Assembly (NCBI GenBank): GCA_001938485.1
Contig: MQRK01194420.1
Coordinates: 1 to 63,289 of the forward strand
From: Girardia tigrina
Taxonomy: Eukaryota
Length of the DNA: 63,289 nt
Direction of reading: 5' to 3'
Shown here: positions 11,814 to 23,889 of the stretch, in pieces
Position numbering within the stretch: the stretch's first letter is position 1
Layout of the letters: each line of letters begins with the position of its first letter
The notes under the pieces: model-generated
What the model was told of the DNA's origin: nothing
Databases searched by the model: none
The model's input: the letters and a program-made list of their open reading frames with translations, nothing else
Program-made: the position numbers and the translations under genes

Positions 11814-13421
11814 CATTATAATAATTATTATTATTGCAAATTTTTATTCAAATCCAAGTTATAAATTATGAAAGTACTGCTATAAAGTATCTCTATTGAA
11901 TTTGGTAAATATTGACCAGGGACAATAATTTTTTGTGGTTTATTTGTTTCATTTTTTTGCGTACTCCGTTATAATGGGACAAAATTGTCAGTCTCTCAAA
12001 TTTTGTCATAATTGAACACGATTGTTCGTAAAGAAATTAGAAACGGTATTGTACACAATGGAAATGTTGTTGCAGAATTTTATATTTGAATGACATCTTT
12101 AAAAATTTTCAATGATCCCATTGACGATTCAATTTATTTCCCATTGTTTGTTGGGGTTGGAAAAAAACGTTTGAAAATATCATTAGTTTAATAATATACT
12201 TTTATGTAACAGTTTCCAAATGATATATATATATATATATATATACTCTATCGTTTTACAAATATTCTTTTAACTTTAAATTGTAAATAATTTTAATCTT
12301 AACCAGGTGAGAAAAGAATAAAAGGTTTTTATTTAGCATAAGAAAACATGTTTCAGTTATTGATTTACTTGACAAATAGATTGTTAGTCGTGTTTTTGCC
12401 ATTTCCCTTATCAGCAAGATCACAATTCATATATAACACAACAATTTTAAATTAAAAATATTAACGAATTTCTGTTTAATTTAATCATTTCGCCAAAATT
12501 CATTTATTAAATTTTTCTTTCAAATTAATTTTATAAAATTTAACTTCTAATTATAAAATATATTCGTAAATTATATTTTTAAAATTTTCTTTTATACACC
12601 TATTAAAAATATATTTCTTAAAACTATTATAAATTTCAGGGTGTTTAGTTTTTATTTTAAAATTCTTATTTTTAAACTTTTATTAATTATTTTCCTATAC
12701 ATCAATTGTTATTTATGTAAATTCTTTTTGGTTTTATATAATAATTTAATTTTTGCTTGTTTTTAAAAATTATTTTTAAGCTTTGAAGTTTAAAAAAGTA
12801 TTTGTATTTCTTTAATTTTTTTTAAATTTTCGAATTTAGAAAATCTTAAATTATAGTCTCCACATCTAACAAAAGTACATTTTTCATTGAACTAATAAAA
12901 TTTCAATATCACAAAAATCTTTCAATCTGCAATTTCCATTTGTATCCATTTAGCAGATATCGATAAATCATTCGCAAATTTAAATAATTTAGAATTAATC
13001 ATTACAGTATTCGCTACAAAACTCTTTTCATCTAACTCAAAATTTTGTACGTAATTTTTAAACAGAGTGCAGTTAAAGACGCGTCAAACAAACTTCGAGT
13101 GTCACAAATTTCTCATCTACAATCATCCTCGAGATCATCCGTTCAATCCGAAATCATGTTCCGAACTCAAAGAAGATTGTTCAAGTAGAGCTAATTTTCA
13201 AAACAAACTATTTCCCATTCATTGTATGTATGTATTTTAGTTATATTTTTATATTTATGTATATTTTTCAGTTGTTTTAAAGGTTTTATTGATTTTTATT
13301 TTTTGATTATTTCGATGAAATTTGAGAGGAAAACTTTAAAATGTGTATTTTTTAATAAGATTTAAAAATTAGATTAGAATTAGATTATTCTTGAAGATTT
13401 TCTTCTCTTTTATTTCGGAAT

Positions 13422-13923
13422 TATTAAGAAAATTAAGACAATTCTCATTTGAATTTTTATAACTACAACATTTGGAGTCATTACAACTTTGAGAAGATCT
13501 TTCACCGTTCGACATCATTCTAATTGGTTTCGCTATTTCTGTCTTTAATCATAATTATTCGAACAATTTTTCTAAATTTTTTAAAAAATACATAAATTTT
13601 AAAAATATTAATTAAAAATAATATTTTAAATCATTTCTAAATAAAATCACAAAATTATAAAAATATTATGAAATTATTAAATGAGTTTAATTTAAATCTC
13701 TTTAAATTTATTTAAATTTAATAAAATGCTTTTATTTTCTTAAAAAAATTATAATCTTAATTTAAATTGTTAATTTTAAAAAATAAAACTTATTATTTTA
13801 ATTATGTTCGAATAGTAAATCACTAAAAATTTAAAAAAAATACCAATTTCGATCCAACATACTTAAGTCAACATACAACATCAATAAATTCACACATTCA
13901 AACAATTTAAAATATTCCTCTCA
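13422..13923 (-). mobile_element. Solo LTR, TG...TA termini, 5-bp TSD GGAAT
   Basis: ggaat at 13417-13421 and 13924-13928; homologous to the LTR at 6139-6550. Confidence 0.9.
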
Positions 13924-15598
13924 GGAATATAGTAGAAAATTATTTTTAAGATAAATATAAATATAAATAATCTCTAATACAAATATAAATAAAAAAGATT
14001 AATATTTTTTAAAACACATTATGTGGTGTGATATGTTTCTTAAAATTTTGATTGCAGAAATTTCGTCCACAGGAAAATAAAGATTATTATTAATATATTT
14101 ATTAATATCAATAGATTTCTTTTGAAATAAAAAAGTTCCCAATATTTCATTTACAAAGGATTTTTTATCAATAAAAAAAATGGTATAAATGTACACAAAA
14201 AATAATAAATTACATTTCTCCAATCTTTGAGCAGAATTTACTGTGGTGGAGACACTGGTTCCTCAAAATTAAGAGTTAAAAACATCACCAAATTATTTGA
14301 GTTCTATTTTAATATCGTAACATAATTATATAGCGTTAACAACTGACATTATTACATATATAATCTAAGACACTGACACTGGCACCCTTTAAGTATGTAA
14401 CAATAACGCTAACAGTCAATACACCCATCAATATTTACAATGTAATTTACACGGTTTGCAGTGTTTGCTTACTACAGTTATATACAGATACAGCCTAAAA
14501 GGTAGGCCAAATTTGATGCGTCTAACAAATCTATATGTAACTATTTCATAATTTGTAATATTATTAATTTAATTTTATTTGTTTTGGATCTCATGAATTT
14601 CTCCCCCAAATAATCGAAAATTATTATGGATTATTTAATAACAAAACAAATTAAAAAAAATGGAAACTAATTCATTATTTCTAAATTTAAATTAAATCAA
14701 ATAATCCTCAGAGATTTTTAAGTTTTATTGATTCATCTAAAAAGTTTAAAAAATTATTATTTTCAGAAAAAAAATTATTTTTTAATCGAATAAAATTCTT
14801 TTAATTGTTTAAAGGAAAATGTTTTCTTACAGAATTTAACCGGAATTAAAACTAAAATTGAACAAATTAGAAAAAAAATAATGAATCCAAGTGTTCTTTT
14901 ATTTTTTGTTCTTTGTTGATTTTAATTCAGATACAAATCTAAACAAAATATTATTATTTATATTAAAATACAACAGAATTTTAATATAAATAATAAATAT
15001 TTAATATTAAATATTTTTTCCTCAACATAGAAGATTTGTGACATTGAAATAATTTGAATAAATTAAATTATAAATTATGGTCCACCTAACATCAATAAAA
15101 TGAAAAGAATTAATAAAAATTAATAAATTAATAATAAACTAATTATCTTTTATCTTGTCATATTTTTGATGGAAATTTGTACTTTTTAATGTAGAAATAA
15201 ATTCCTACTAAATAAAATTAAACTTTCTTAGAAAAAGTTTGGTCTTTTAATTTAAAATCAAACAATTTTAATTTTTTTCGATTTAAATTTTAGAAAATTG
15301 AAAGAAAATTAAATAAATACATCCTGTTAAAAATTTTTTAAAAAAAATACCATTTGCACTGTTTAAACAAATAAAATCCCATAGAAATTATCTTGTCGAA
15401 TATCGACTTTCAGAAAGAATTTAAAAGAATTAAATGATAAAGAAATTAAAAATCGGAGATATTTTTTACTCTTTATCATTTAAATCAATTGCGACAAAAA
15501 TTAATTAAATTAAAAACTATCAACTAAGCCGATTTGAGAGAAAAAAATAATAAAAAGGCATTCTGTATAATTAAATGATAATTAAAACTTTCTTAGTG

Positions 15599-15845
15599 TT
15601 TTTTTGAACCGTAGCCGTTCGGCCATTATTCACAATTATGCGCAAGCCTTATATTTTTGAGTGTCTCAGTAGGCAGAAACTTGTGGCGCTTATTTCTTCT
15701 CCAGGTATGGATAGTCGTTGGCTCCAAGGTGGTCATCCATCCTTTGACAGTTTTTGTTTTTCATCCTGTTTGGTTCCCATATAACTCTTCATCCAGGTTG
15801 AAGGAACGGGTTAAGTCCCCAACCATATAAGTACTACCACTGTCG
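15599..15845 (-). mobile_element. A-tailed structured repeat (SINE-like), copy 2
   Basis: Reverse complement aligns to about 2960-3220; A-run tail. Confidence 0.6.
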
Positions 15846-16049
15846 TTTGTAACTTAATTTTGGAGATCTGATGGGATCCGGTGTAACGATCCGTGGTCTC
15901 TGACTATTTTTATTGTTATAGTTTATTAATTATTAAGTTTTTATAAAATATCTTTCATTTGTCAAAAAATTAACAAATATAAAATACATTTTTGTTACAT
16001 TGATCGATTCCAAATGTTCAAAGAATTATATCTTCTTATTCAATTATAT

Positions 16050-16460
16050 CCTTGCGTGTTGGTTTGGAATAACAGTAATGTCTAGACGAAGGCTTTTCTC
16101 CTTTTATTACGGGCTTCTTGTGCAACAATATTTATTTTTTAATATTTGTTATTAATTTTCGGGTCTTTGTCAGGGAAATCAGTGTGAACAAAACCATGCA
16201 ATTTCCAGAAAATTGTCATTATTGCCTCTTGCCGCTAAAAGAATCAACTTTGTAACGCCAGAGAGCTCAATTCTCTTAAGAGTCTTCTCGAATGTAGTAG
16301 GATAGTAGTGTTTTGTCTAAAGACCCGATATTATCCAGGAATCGAGTATCCATTAAAGCATGAATGTTTAGCTTCACTTGACCGCACTTAAGTCACTTCT
16401 CACAAATAACCGCGTTGAGAAAGAAAGCTAAACATTAGGTTTGTGTCTATGCTGCGTACA
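16050..16460 (+). ncRNA. Candidate structured RNA module, unidentified
   Basis: Perfect stems 16159-16168/16319-16328 and 16363-16374/16425-16436 enclose multibranch hairpins. Confidence 0.35.
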
Positions 16461-17239
16461 TATTTAAATATAATATGTATTCAATTTTTGTTTAAGTGTA
16501 ATTAAATTTTAGGGTCAGATTTCTTACATCAAAAGAAGAAAAAAGTTTTTTAAGATATGAATGAAAGATGAGTGACTAACACCATAGAATATTAATCTAG
16601 AAAGATTTGCTCGTACTTATTAACAAGAAATATATGCTTTACATACTGTTAAAATATTATAGAACTGCTTTCTAAAAAGTAAGAGTTTATTATTATTTGC
16701 TACGATATGATTAAAATCGAACAAAACAAAATAATTAAAAATCGTGCTTTAAATTAAAACAAAAAATAAGAAAAGTCAAACTCGAACATATTTACAGTCC
16801 TAAATATTTTAGACAAAGAGTAATAAAAATAATACAAGAAATTAGAAGAACATTGAATGAATGAACAAAAATCTGCAATTTGAAATAGCATACAAATAAA
16901 TATTTAAAAAACTAGATCATAATATTGTTTAAAAAATTCCGTAGAAATATTGAAAAAATTAATAATTATCTTCCTATTTTAATAATTTATGTGTAAATAA
17001 TTAAGGGAGTTTATAATCAAGAAAGAAGTTAAAAATAAAATAGTCGGAAAATAATCAAAATAAAATACATTTCAAAAAATAGCTAAGTATTATAAAAAAT
17101 ATATTTAAAAAAATGCGGTGCATGGCTTTTGGACGCTGGAACGTTTGGACGCTAGGATGTTTGGATGTGAATATTATATTATTATTATCAGAAGCTGATA
17201 TTTTAATTAAAAATTATTTAATTAATTATTAATTAGTTA

Positions 17240-17810
17240 TAAGATAGAGTGAGTGGATCTCTATCTTCCATAAACCAAATAAATTAATAAACACAAAATA
17301 ATCTGAAAAAATTTATTGTTTAGAATGATCAAGATAAGATTGTTTAGAGATTGTTGGTACTAGTGATTGAAATAAATAGATTGTTTTCCGGAGTCCCATA
17401 TCAGTAATAAGTATATTTCTGTACCAGTAAAAATGTGTTAACTGAAATTATCAACATGAGATTTGCTGAACAAATGTTGATTCCATGTTTAGACCGCTAC
17501 TAAACATTCATCGGGTGAAACTCACTATGCGAGTGGTTTAGGTGTCGGTAGTTTGATGGAAATTCGTCGGCGTGAGTGCCATGTGAGACGAATTTTCAGT
17601 ACCGACTAAACCTGAAAACCCGATAAATGAGTAGTGATCCGGTTGGATGCGTCGCAGCTAATGTTATGGAAATCGATTTGTTGATTTTCTCCACGTGATA
17701 AAATTCTGCTGACATTGACTGGTACCATATACTTACGTACTAGTTTGGGACGGTAGAAATCTATTATGTGATCGCATTGTGATACATGTAACAACAAATA
17801 TAAACATAAC
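17240..17810 (+). ncRNA. Candidate structured RNA module, unidentified
   Basis: Nested stems 17510-17516/17618-17624, 17544-17550/17600-17606, 17559-17568/17587-17596 and 17717-17725/17737-17745; G-U pairs favour the + strand. Confidence 0.45.
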
Positions 17811-18276
17811 ATTGTCGTGCTTCAAACAAAACATACTCACTAGTTACAGGAAATGAAAGACTGATTAATAAAATCAAATTCTAGATAAAAGTTACACACA
17901 AAAATGCAAATTATCGGTATTACAGTTAAAAAATAATCATAATAAACCATGGCTTATGATATTTGGGAGGTAGACAAACGATACATTGATAGTTATGGTA
18001 TAACTGGACGTCACCACAATGTATTCCGATGACAGAAATGCCAAGATAAATTAGAATTCCTTCTTTGTATTTGACGAGTTCTGGCGGATTGTGTCCAGTT
18101 ATGCGAACCAATTTCATCCAATACAGCACTAATGCAATCCGAATCTGAGAATCTTCAACATTGTATTTCGAACAAAAAACATATCGTCTCCAATGAGGTA
18201 TATTTGAATTTCAAGAAATTACCTCCGCCAATTGATAGAAATATTAAATAATCAATTATAAAAAATTGATTAATTA

Positions 18277-18318
<42 letters not shown>

Positions 18319-18368
18319 NNNNNNNNNNNNNNNNNNNNNNNNNNNNNNNNNNNNNNNNNNNNNNNNNN

Positions 18369-18790
18369 ATTTGAATGTAAACATTTATTGACAACACAAA
18401 CAGATTCTTCACAACAATTTTCAGAGGTCATCTTTCTTTGATTGATATAGTTTTTGTTTAAGTATTCAAATCTAAAAAAACAATGAAGGGGAAAGTTTTT
18501 AATATTAATTTTTAATTTCTTAAATTTTATTGGATAAAAAGGCATTACGTAATTTTTTTTAAATGAACATTAATTTTTAAAAAATATTAAATTTAATAAG
18601 TTAAAATCGTTTACTAAAAATATTATTAAAATTCATAATTATAAAACTTTAATTAATTAGTACTCAAAATTAATATCATTAGATTTAAACAATTAATCAA
18701 TAAACATATCAATCCCATCTGAGTAGGAGAGTCACAAATCAAAACAGCATACAAACAACAAACTTACAACATTCCAAATTATCGCTCACA
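18369..18790 (-). mobile_element. LTR (3' end lost in N gap), same family as 57649-58102
   Basis: Closely similar to 57649-58102; starts tgtgag on the minus strand; encodes MTSENCCEESVCVVNKCLHSN. Confidence 0.85.
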
Positions 18791-19572
18791 GTTATGATAT
18801 TTGGAAACTGTTATTTTTTTGACTTCAGTAATTTTACTGTTTTTTTTGTAATTATGTTTTTACTATATCATTATTATAAAGTGATAAATTTTCATTTTAA
18901 AATTTTTAATTTTAATAAATGATCAATTTATTTTAAAATTGTTCATTTAAATGTCATTTATATTAGTTTTTGTTTTGTTATTACATAAGGAAACTGATAT
19001 TTTTAGATTTCAATAAAAGTAAGTATTATTTTTATTTTTTGGAAGATTTAAGAAACATAGTAAAATTGAATTATATTTTCAGTTTTTATAAAATGTAAAT
19101 AATAATTAATAAAAATAATTAAATAAATAAATAAAACACACAAATCAAAGCTTATTTTGTAATATACCGGAGTTTTCCGAATAAAAGCCTCTACAAATAT
19201 ATATAAATATTATTATTATTTTGAGACAAAAACCAAGAGACTTCATAAAAATTGATGCCAACGTTGATACTAATGATGAACTCATTGTGACTCTTTTTCT
19301 GAATGTACGGGAGTTTTCCATATTAAATGATTATTTATTAAAATTAAAAATAGTAAATTTCAAATTTATCACCTTCTATTAATTACAAAGTTAAAAACCA
19401 AAACAAATTAAAATAATGTTTAATTTTACTTGAATTACAAATTATTCAATAAAAATAAAATATTATTTACTTTTAATTAATTCTAAAAATAAGTTTCCCT
19501 ATATAATAACAAAACTATAAACTAATATAAATGATAATTAAATTAACAATTTTAAAATTAAATGATCATTTA

Positions 19573-20060
19573 TTAGGGTCACGACGAGACTCTCGGTCGG
19601 TATCATTGTGTCTAAGGATGCTGTCATATTATGGAATGTGATGTTATAATTATGCAGTTGTTAAAGTAAAATTTACTGTGATTAAAACGAGTGTTCTCTA
19701 AAAGTGTTAATGACTAACATGATTTTAATAATTATTACAGTAAATTTGTGCCGATGAGCTGAAATATCCTATTGGAAGATAGGACATCTAAAATCTTTCT
19801 TCTTGGACCGTTCTATGGTAAATGAGACTTGCTAACGGACTCTAATAAAAACCTCTAAAGATCCGGCCAGACTCATAGCGACATAGATTAAGAAATGGCT
19901 AGCCTAGTATGAGTGTATTTGCGGAAACACTCACTTACTTTCTACGGGCTGTCGCAATAAGGGAAAAATATGTACGGCCTGTTGACTTTTTTAATAACTG
20001 TAATGGTCAATAACATCACTGATGCATCTTTGTAAAAGATGAAAGATCAAATTGACTGTA
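19573..20060 (+). ncRNA. Candidate structured RNA module, unidentified
   Basis: Stems 19596-19603/19748-19755, 19669-19680/19736-19747 and 19878-19883/19950-19955; GGAA-tetraloop hairpin 19767-19784. Confidence 0.4.
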
Positions 20061-20811
20061 ATTAAATGTAATGAAAATTAAAACATTAATCATTTTATTT
20101 CTGTTTTCAACATCATCGACGCGTCTTGGAATAAAATATAATAAACCGTATAGATACGTTTAAAGTGGATGCTTTGCGACACGAGGTATTCGAGTCTTCT
20201 ATTAAATGTTGTTTGCCAAATTAAATCAATAAAAGTTAGAATCTGTAAATTAAATCAGTTAGAATATAGATATTAGATCTGAAATTATAAATCTTACTGA
20301 CATAATTGTCACAAGAGCAAAGTTAGCTTAACTGGCCCTAAGCATGTGTAGGTCTAGAACCAGGTAGGCCTTCATCACTTATCACTGTTTTCAGGGACAA
20401 GGGGGTAAGAGGTAATTTTAAGATGTTGTATAACGAATTTTAATCAAGTTGGGAAAGGCCCATAAGTTTTACAATTTATTTAAAAAATCCAACATTAAGC
20501 TAATTACTTACTTGTGTTCGTTACTAATTACTTATTTATTGATAGTTAATGACTACAAAACTCTGTGAAATTTTATTAAAGCTGTTAGGGCCCTATAGAT
20601 AACTGATAATAAAACTATAATAATAAAATAAAAAAAATAAATAAAATATAATTCATTTAAAAAACTATTATTATTATTATTATTAGTAGTATCATTATTG
20701 ATTTATTATTATCAGTTATTAATAAAATAACTATTATTAATTATGAGTATAATTTTTATTATTATTATTTACATTAATTTTATTATTATTACTATTATTA
20801 AAATTCCGTTT

Positions 20812-20889
20812 TGGTGAGTATTTCCTCCTTCCACTGGGATCCATTCATTGAGGGGGTGCTCCTGTTTCGGTTGGATAGGCCCGTCACCG
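20812..20889 (+). ncRNA. Small structured GC-rich island in (TAT)n-rich DNA
   Basis: 12-bp stem 20816-20827/20850-20861 with four G-U pairs, plus a second G-U-rich hairpin. Confidence 0.35.
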
Positions 20890-21134
20890 TTAATAATGTT
20901 ATTAATTAATTATATAATTACAAATTTATTATTATTGATTTATTGTTAAATTAATATTATTATTAATTTATTATTACTATTTAATTATTATTTTATTACT
21001 ACCATTATTCTTATTCTTATTAATATTATTATTTTAAAATTATATTAATATTATTAATTATTAAAATATAAAAAAGTACTTTTTAAAAATAAAATGAAAA
21101 TCCAAAAAAAAAAATAAAATGAAAATCCAAAACT

Positions 21135-21340
21135 CTACCTGGTCGATTGTCAGTTGGCTAACCCAATTGATTTATCACTCGTTCAGGTTAAATGTTTCTT
21201 AAATTGATTTGGAGAAGGATTTTTCAAAGTAATGGCAATCTGACAAGAGTACTTTTGATAAAGAAGGCGCGCTGTCAGATCTGCCAAAGCCAATAATAAT
21301 TTATGAGCCGAAAGGCTCCGTTTGAAAAAAATAATAATAA
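21135..21340 (+). ncRNA. Structured module ending in a GAAA-tetraloop hairpin and an A/(TAA)n tail (possible retroelement 3' end)
   Basis: Stem 21233-21245/21273-21286; GAGCC-GAAA-GGCTC at 21305-21318; aaaaaaataataataa follows. Confidence 0.4.
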
Positions 21341-21342
21341 TA

Positions 21343-22466
21343 CGTGGTGCGCTCAAAAAGTAGTGAGCCTAACATAGAAATAATATTTTGTTTCCAATGA
21401 ATTTTTTTTCTTAACAAGTAAGTTATTAAGGTAATATTTGTGATATTTGTTTTAATCTATTATTTGTGTTTAGATTAGAGAGCGCATAAATTCAAAAGAG
21501 TCATTGGAAAACCTAGGCCATGCAGGTAGGCCACGTGAAATTGGTGAAGATATAGCGAAAAAACTCAAGAAAATCGTGCAGTTTGAGTGACGAATTACCA
21601 CCAGAGAACTGACAATGCAATTAAGTGCCAGCACAGGTACCATACAATCACTGCTTGCGGAAACTGGAATTAGTAAATTGTGTTCACACTACGTGCCACG
21701 GTTTTTAACAGCAGACATGAAGGATCGACGCTTGATGTGTTGCCAGGAAAACTTAAACCTCTATGAAGGTATTGGAGACCGCTTCTTACAGAATATTATG
21801 ACAATGGTTGAAACACCATCTGCGCTTTATGTCTCAAAATCAAGACGTGAGTCTCAAGAATGGAAGCTGCCAAGGGATGGGTGTTCGAAGAAGATGCGAT
21901 CATCAACCTCTCAGAAAAAAGCTCTCATGCTCACCACCGTTTCGGATGCAAATGGAATGATTGCTGATTTTGCGGAAGCTGCTGTTCGTATCAACAGTGA
22001 ATACTACTCCCGGCTCGTGCTACAGGCCAGAAAGCTGAGAAAGAAGAGCAGAGTTTGTGAGTTATATTATTTGCATGACAATGCACCCATCCATACAAGT
22101 GGGTTGTCAATGTCATCAATTGATGGTTGTGGCCTCATCCTGCTCTCACACCCTCCATACAGCCCGGATCTGGCGCCATCCGATTATCATCTCTTCAATC
22201 ACCTCAAGCGAGCTCTCAGGGGTCAATATTTTGCTACGAAAGAAGACTTGAAGGACGTAGTATGAAATTTCTTGGCTCAACAGCCACCGAAATTCTTCGA
22301 AAAAGCCTTTCAGGACCTTGTTGTGAGCTGGAAAAAATGTGTTGGTGTGAATGGAGATTTCTTTGAGAAATGATACCTTTATAACTTGATTGTTATGAAA
22401 AATAAATTTCATTGGAATCGGATTATTATTTTTACGTTAGGTTCACTACTTATTGAGCGCACCACG
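21343..22466 (+). mobile_element. Mariner (DD34D) element, defective
   Basis: TIRs cgtggtgcgctcaa(a/t)aagtagtga, TA TSDs; ORF 21615-22265 with HDNAPIH-34-D (YSPDLAPSDYHLF); first catalytic Asp lost; internal deletion. Confidence 0.95.
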
Positions 22467-23588
22467 TAAATTGAATAAATATAATTTTATTAAATTGAAA
22501 AAAATATAATTCCTTAATTTTACTTTTATTTTAATATAAATATTAAAATTTATTTTGGGTATAAATGCCCACACAATTAAATTTTGCAGTAGAAATTTTA
22601 AAAGGAGAAATTTTTAGAGAAGTTTTAAAAGTGAAATTTGTTAAAGGAGAATTAAAGGAATTTTTTAAAACAAAATTTAGAAGAGAATTTAGAAAAAGAA
22701 ATAAATTTGAAATCGAAATAAAATTTAAATTATTAATCAATTATATTGTGTCGAACTCAAAGGTCTGTCAAACTCTCAACGCAAATCCTCATTATAGTGT
22801 ATTTCAAGTCATTCAATTGTTGTTGTTCATATTGTTGTCGTTTAATTCATTCAATCATTTGAAAAACTTATTAAGATCACTACTTAATAAGATAATCAAT
22901 TTATTTTTAATCAATCAAATTTGAAAAATTGTTGGAAGAATTTTCTGATTTATTTGGAGTCAGAGAATTAGTTATATCAAATTCGGTGTTTAAAATTAAA
23001 GAAAAACAAATACCAAACAAAGCAATAGATTTATGTATTTTACATTATTTTTTGAAATTAAATTTCTTTCAATAATTTAATGAAAAGTATTTTTTTAACA
23101 TTTCATTTACCTATCATTTATAATTTCTTATTTGATAAAAGTGATATGCATCATTTAAATTGTATTTTAAACAGACAAACATTAATATCAAATAAATATA
23201 AATTAATTATTTTTTAAAAATTTCGATAATATCTATGGCAAACGACACTAATTTGCTTTAAAAAACATTTGTAATTAAATAAATCATTTTCCCATGAAAT
23301 TTGTCTTTTGCAATTTTGAAAGAAATTTATTTCCTTAAAAAAAATGTAATTTAAAAAAAACTTAAGTTTTCTGTAATTAAAATAGACAAATTATTATTTT
23401 AAATATTTTTGAAATTACGAAAAAATAAAGTTTTTTTAATAAACAATAATAGTAATTAAAAAACAACAGATATTATATGAAAATAATAAGTAGGATATAT
23501 TTCTAAAACTTTCAATTAAAACTATTTGAAATGACTGAATAATAAAGAATATATAAAAAAATTTTGAACTGATTTTTTTAAATTTTTT

Positions 23589-23627
23589 TGGAATTAATTT
23601 TGGTGGATTACCCGTCATCATCAGACT
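23589..23627 (-). ncRNA. Degenerate minimal hammerhead ribozyme of an old Penelope copy
   Basis: CTGATGA-T-gacggg... retained; stem II and GAAA are damaged. Confidence 0.5.
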
Positions 23628-23889
23628 TAATTAACATTAGTGTTTGAAACTTTTATTTGATGATAAGCGTTGATTGTGTATGTGAGAAATATTTAAAATT
23701 GTATGAATGGGTGAATGTATTAATGCTGAATGTTGATGGTGATTCTAAGAATGGCGATTCTCCGACCTAGATGAAAATCGGTATATTTTTATATTCACAA
23801 TGAATGACTATTAGAATATAATTAAAATAATATTTTGATAAGTTTATATTTTTAAAATTAACAATAAAATTAAGATCAATAAAATTAAA

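Noticed and set aside
12900-13235. Exon-like open stretch (AG at about 13065, GT at about 13224)
   Set aside because: No recognisable homology or partner exons; in-frame stop upstream.
17729-17736. ATACTTAC resembling the U1 snRNA 5' end
   Set aside because: No downstream U1 sequence or Sm site.
20005-20057. CTGATG-stem-GAAA hammerhead-like string
   Set aside because: Core lacks the A after CUGAUG and the UH site; stem I is not adjacent.
21158-21165. CTAACCC as a telomerase RNA template
   Set aside because: Only 7 nt of match; no pseudoknot or H/ACA support seen.
21305-21318. GAGCC-GAAA-GGCTC as group II intron domain V
   Set aside because: Too short, no bulge and no domain VI.
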